Assembly: GCA_965153355.1 (NCBI GenBank)
Contig: OZ231126.1
Span: 32,612,001-32,676,000, forward strand
Reading direction: 5' to 3'
From: Flaccisagitta enflata
Taxonomy: Eukaryota
Length of the DNA: 64,000 nt
Under the pieces are notes generated by a model. That model ran no database searches. It was not told the DNA's origin and saw only the letters and a list, made by a program, of their open reading frames with translations. How positions within the stretch are numbered: position 1 is the stretch's first letter; every line of letters begins with the position of its first letter. The position numbers and the translations under genes were made by a program. Positions 58,421 through 64,000 of this stretch are shown here, piece after piece.

Positions 58421-60864
58421 GATACCAGGTACCCAAAAATAATGTCCGTCCAATAAAACCAAAAAATTATGTCTGTCCACTAAAACAAAAAAAAAATGTC
58501 TGGCCAATAAAAGATTAACAAAATACCCAAAAACACCTAGAAATACCCAAAAAATACCCAAAAATACCTAGAAATACCCAATAATACTGAAAAATACCTA
58601 AAAGTACCCAAAAATATCTGAAAGTATCCTAAACATAATAATATAATAACATATTAACATAATAACATATTTACATGATAACATGATAACAATACTACAT
58701 AACATAATTTCCTAAAAGTACTTTAAAGTACCCCACATTATCACGTTATCACATAGATAATCACACAGGCTAACAGTTGCGTGCTCTGCTTTACAAAAAC
58801 ACACACAACTATGTACATATTCCTTTCTTCCTTCCTTCCCCCTTCTTCCTATCCTTTCTTCCATCCTCCCTCCTTTCTATCCTATCTTACATTCAACAAC
58901 ATAATTTCCACAATGTTCCACAATGTACCATATTGTTTCACAATGTCCCACAATGTGCCACAATGCTCCAAAATGTTCCACAATGTTCCACAATGTCCCA
59001 CAATGTTTCTTAAATATCAATACATCAATACATCAATACATTCTAAAGATACCCAAAAATACCTAAAAATACATAAGAATAGCTATCCAATATGTAAAAA
59101 TACCCAAAATACCCAAAAATACCCGTGAACACCAAAAAATACCTAAAAAAACCAAAGATACCCAAAAATACCTAAAAACACCCAAAGATACCCAAAATTA
59201 CCCAAAAATACCCCCAAATTACTCAAAAATGCCTAAAAGTCCCCCAAAATATCTGAAAGTACCCTAAAGTACCCTAAGTACCTAGAACAATTTAAGTACC
59301 CTAAAATACCCTAAAGCACCCTGAAATACCCTAGAGTACCTTAAATTACCCTAAATAACCTTAAAAAGTCATAATTTAAAAAATGTGACGGACGGATGGA
59401 CGGACCTACCGACCTACCGACCTACCAACCAACCGACACGGTAAGGTGTAGAGTCGCGTACACGCGACTAAAAAGAATCACTCTCATAAATCAGAGGAGA
59501 CGCCGAGTGCAGTCGTCGTTCGCAGAATTAAGTAATGCGACAACGCAATTGTCAGTCTTGTCTAACGGGGCAGTCTGGGTAGGATTCGACCCACTCAGGT
59601 GGAGGCAAATATTCTGTCAGAACTACCCACCATCGTTTTCACATCTTTCTGTTGGTCGAGCGATTGGACGTACGGTCAATTAAAAGTAAAGATAGTGGGA
59701 GCATCGATACATATTATACAATCAATACAAAGATGAGTGAAAATGCACTGGAGCGACTTATGCTGCGCCGAGTGAACAGTAACATCGCCTCATTAAGCAG
59801 CATCTATGTAGAAATTCTCTCGGGAGTCGTTTTATTGGAAAAAAGTCAAATTACGTAATTCGACTTTTTGAAATGTAGGGGAGAAATAAAGTTTTCCATT
59901 TTCGGTTTGGGGCAATTTTAGAAAGTTGAGCATCTTTTGGGCTGGGAGTATAAATTTTTTGATATTTATGGCTAAGAAAGAGCTAATTTTTCTCTTTCAA
60001 ATGGCGCCAACTAGAAGTCTTTATGATCAATAGTTTTGGCGTTATGAATTTTTAGATCTTTTTTTTTTTGCATTTCTGCAAAAATCTATATTTTCCATTC
60101 TTCCCTAATTTCGGCCCTATGTAATAATAGAGTAAAGTTGTTACGCAAATTTACTAGAACTTTTATGACGCTACCTTTGACATTTTTATTAGCTTGAGAG
60201 AGAGGGAGAGAGAGAGAGAGACACACACACACACACACACACACTCACACACACAAACAGCAAGAAAGAGAGTGACACACACATACAGCGAGAGAGAGAG
60301 AGAAAGAGAGAGAGTTGGGTGCTTCACATAGCAAAAGTTGGGAGTATCCCTTCACCCTACTTAGGTAATGTGGAGGAGCAAAAATTGTGAAGATGACCAT
60401 TTTCTTTTTTCAAAATTCCTTCATCTTCCATTTTTGTTTGGGCCTTAAAGTTTCCACTGATTTCTCAGAATTCAGCAAAATCCTGTGTAGTTTTGTTACA
60501 AATAGGCCAATTATTTATTTTAAAAAATCATAATGTATGTAAAAATAAATTAAAATATCAGAACATAAGTTATGAAAGAGCAAATGAAAAGGCAGAATTG
60601 CAATTCTATGAAGAGTAGAAAATTATGAAAGCTGATTCAAACAATGTCAGCATATTGTTTTATCCCACTGCATTATGCAAATTAGGTCCTCAAAAGCATT
60701 TTTCTAAAAAACGGATGATAAAACAAAAATGGTAAGGGTCCTAAAATTAGTCACTCCATTAGGTAAAAAGAAAATAGCCAACTTTATATGCAAGCACAGA
60801 GAAGACACACACAGAAAAGAAATTTTGAAGATTTACACATAGAAAGATGAGAGAGGGAGAGAGG

Positions 60865-60902
<38 letters not shown>

Positions 60903-62033
60903 GAGAGACAGAGAAACAAGAAACAGAAAGCAGAAGAAGACACACACACTCCTCACACACACACACACACACAGAAACACAGACAGAGAAAGAATAGACA
61001 CTTGTAGATGGAATAGTAAGGCAGTCAATAAGAAAGCATGAGATGCACTCACAGAAGAACATGCTTTGCAAAAAAAAAAAAAACTCCCATTTACGACTTT
61101 TTTCCCGTCGGCGATTAGCCGCCTTTATTGGTAAATAGATTCAATACAAATAGCGTGGAAAAAACAGATAAGGAAGAAGGAGATGAAGAAGAAGAAGAAG
61201 AAGAAGAAGAAGAAGAAGAAGAAAAAGAAGAAGAAGAAGAAGAAGAAGAAGAAGAAGAAGAAGAAGAAGAAGAAGAAGAAGAAGAAGAAGAAGAAGAAGA
61301 AGAAGAAGAAGAAGAAGAAGAAGAAGAAGAAGAGGAAGAGGAAGAGAAAGAGGAAGAAGGAGAAGAAGATGAAAAAAAAACCAAAACAAAAAGAAGATGT
61401 AAAAGAAGAAGTAGAGATGGAAACAGAGACCGGGTGAGGGAGGAAAAGGCATATGACAATTGACAATGGATATAGAAAAAAAAAGAGGTCATTTTGTTGG
61501 GCAATGGAGCGAGGTGATTTGTTTATTTCCGGCGGGCGAAAAAAAAAGACCCGCCTCAAAAAAGAACCGGATATGTTTGCAATGCGGCCGAAACCGAGAT
61601 CCAGCCAAAGAGGAATTAAATGGCAACACGCCGAAGGAGGAGGGGGGGGTGCAAGAGGGGGAGGAAGAAGAGGGGATAATGGTAGCGGGGAAGGGCGAAG
61701 TAAGCACTAAAGCAGGGAATTTGGGAAGAAGTCTTATTTTGAACTGTAGAGTCCAAAATTAAGGGGTGCCAGGATGAATTTAAGGGAACTCAGAAACGAG
61801 ACAAATGAGCAAATTCTGAATAGCCTGTAGGGGAATTCTGACGGCCGGTAGACAGGGCATTGATCTGGAAGTAGAAGAGACTTGGCCCTCACGCCGTGAT
61901 CATTGAAAAAATTGAAAAGCTCCAAAAAATGTGGAAGTGGGAAAAAGGGCAAATAATGCGTAACTGTATTTGACAAAAAGTTTACGTCTAGCCTGGTTTA
62001 TAGCCCAGGTTTCATTGTTCATGGGCGCTGATA

Positions 62034-62210
62034 CAGTTGAACCCCGCTCCAAAGGACCCGCCACCAACAGAATTCCGCCTATAACAGATACAAATACATG
62101 GTCCCTTCAAGTTGATTTCTTTTGTTTCCTTTGTTGACAATAACAGAAGTCCGCCTATAACAGAAGAAAACTGTTGGTCCCCTGAAATCCGTTAGAGCGG
62201 GGTTCAACTG
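62034..62210. mobile_element. pogo/Tigger-like MITE
   Basis: TA-CAGTTGAACCCCGCTC / GAGCGGGGTTCAACTG-TA. Confidence 0.85.
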
Positions 62211-62607
62211 TAGTTTTTTTTTTTGTTTTGCTGTAGATTGAATGATTGGATTAGGTTTTTGAATATCTGATGCACATAAAAAGCTGCAGAAGTTATCGCA
62301 GTGAACTATTGAATGATGTGGGAGAAAGAGAAAAAGGCATGAAGCCGGAGTCAAAGTGGCGGTGAACTGAGGAGGCAGAGAGGGAACTGGGAACTGGTGG
62401 AAAATATATCCATTGTTCCCGGTTTGAGCGGAAACTGGCATAAAGGCGTCCTCTTGCGTCGGGAGTCGGATTCTCGCCGCCTGGATTTCCTCTATCCTTC
62501 CGGACTCTGGTACCTCCTCTTATTGTTTCTTTCCATTCACTTCTGACTCGGTCTGTTTTGTTCTTCTGTCTTGCTGATGGTCTTTCTAACTGTACATAGT
62601 ATATCCC

Positions 62608-64000
62608 TTTTTAGTCACGTGCACGGGACTCTACACCTTGCCGTGTCGGTCGGTAGGTCGGTAGGTCGGTCGGTCGGTTGGTAGGTCACGTTTTTAAAAT
62701 TATGACTTTTTAAGGTTTTTTAAGGTACTCTAGGGTATTTCTGGGTACTTTAGGGTACTTCAGGGTATTTTAGGGTACTTAAGTTATTTTAGGTACTTAA
62801 GGTATTTTAGGGTACTTTCATATATTTTTGGGTACTTTTGGGTATTTTTATATTGTTGAGTATGTATGGGTATTTTTAGGTGTTTTTGGTATTTTTTAGT
62901 ATATTCGAATATTTTGAGTATTTTTTGTATATCAGGTATTTTTAGGTATTTGTATTTTGTCAACTTTGGACACTCGTTATTGGTTCAGAATATCTTTTTC
63001 AGATGATTTGAAAGTATAGAAGTTGTAGTATGTTATGTAGTAACGGTGGTCAAAAAAGTGACTAACAGATTTTTTTCAATAAGGTTGAAATTTTTTTATG
63101 AAATATTTTAAAAATAAAATAAAATGTATTTAAAAATTTATTTTTTTAGTTTTGTAAAACAGATAATTATATAAATACAAAAAAATAAAATGTTTGCATC
63201 AATCAGTTATAACATAAATAATCAGTGGTTTTTAAGAAACAAATATGTTTATTAGGTACTGTCTGAAATAGATACAATTATTTATAAGACTCCAAGCTTT
63301 TGTTCAAGAGATTTGGGTAAAAAAGAAATGGATGTTTTTTAGAAGTATCTTTTGTTTTGGTATATGTTTGTATTCTTATAATTTTTCTTAGATTTTTATT
63401 TAGTTTTTGAGTCGTACTTACATATAGATAGTAAATCTATAAAAAGATTTTAATTTTTTTAAAGAAAATTTTTGGTAAAAATCAAAGCGGTCCAAAATTA
63501 AAATCAGTTTATTGTAAATGATTCAAATGGGCTAAAAAATGCCAAAAATTATACACAATGAAAAAAATTTGCCCCTGCACCATATCTTAATTAGCAAAGA
63601 AAATTTTACCCTTAATATTTTTTTACAAAGATATGAGAAATGAAATACTTTTTTTTGGACCACCCATATGTTGTAGTAATGTGAATTTTCAGAGATAGCG
63701 TATAGCATGTAGGCATGGGTATGTAAGTATGTGGCAAGGGCATATGGCATGCATGGGCACGTGGCAGGGCATGTGAGTATGTATGGGCATGTGCAAGTAT
63801 GTGAGTAATAAAGATATAAGTAAGTATGTATATGGGTGGTATGTGGGCACAAAAGTATGTAAGTATGTAAGTATGGGCAATAAGTATGGGTGGTGTGAGT
63901 ATGTATGGGAGTATGTACATGATGTGGCATGTGGCATATGTATGGGTAAGTATGTGGCACAGCACATATGTGGCATGTGCAGTGTGGCATGGGTACGGGC
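62608..64000 (+). mobile_element. Long family A variant with GGGTATTTT-type and GGCATGT-type internal arrays, running off the window
   Basis: The head (62608-62820) is an inverted match to 59270-59473. Confidence 0.6.

Overview
This is repeat-saturated eukaryotic DNA from an invertebrate animal; the (AG)n/(GT)n/(ATC)n load would fit a crustacean, but that is only an inference. I found no supportable host protein-coding exon. Most ORFs in the track are microsatellite or minisatellite artefacts. The window is a mosaic of two families of Helentron/DINE-like non-autonomous elements, many foldback/MITE DNA transposons with readable target-site duplications (TSDs: 8-bp hAT-type, 9-bp Mutator-type, TA Tc1/mariner-type, 3-4-bp CMC/Chapaev-type), a truncated I-group LINE and a 50-bp satellite array. 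The most notable locus (about 9.3-19.9 kb, minus strand) is the 3' end of a BEL/Pao retrotransposon. Between pol and the PPT/LTR it carries an extra non-env ORF. The two largest real ORFs of the track (18185-18958 and 9972-11426) fuse exactly in frame into one 726-aa protein once a 6.8-kb Chapaev-type insertion (11435-18236, TTCT TSD) is removed. That insertion itself holds nested elements, giving five levels in total. All family assignments come from motif and TSD recognition by eye; no database search was run.
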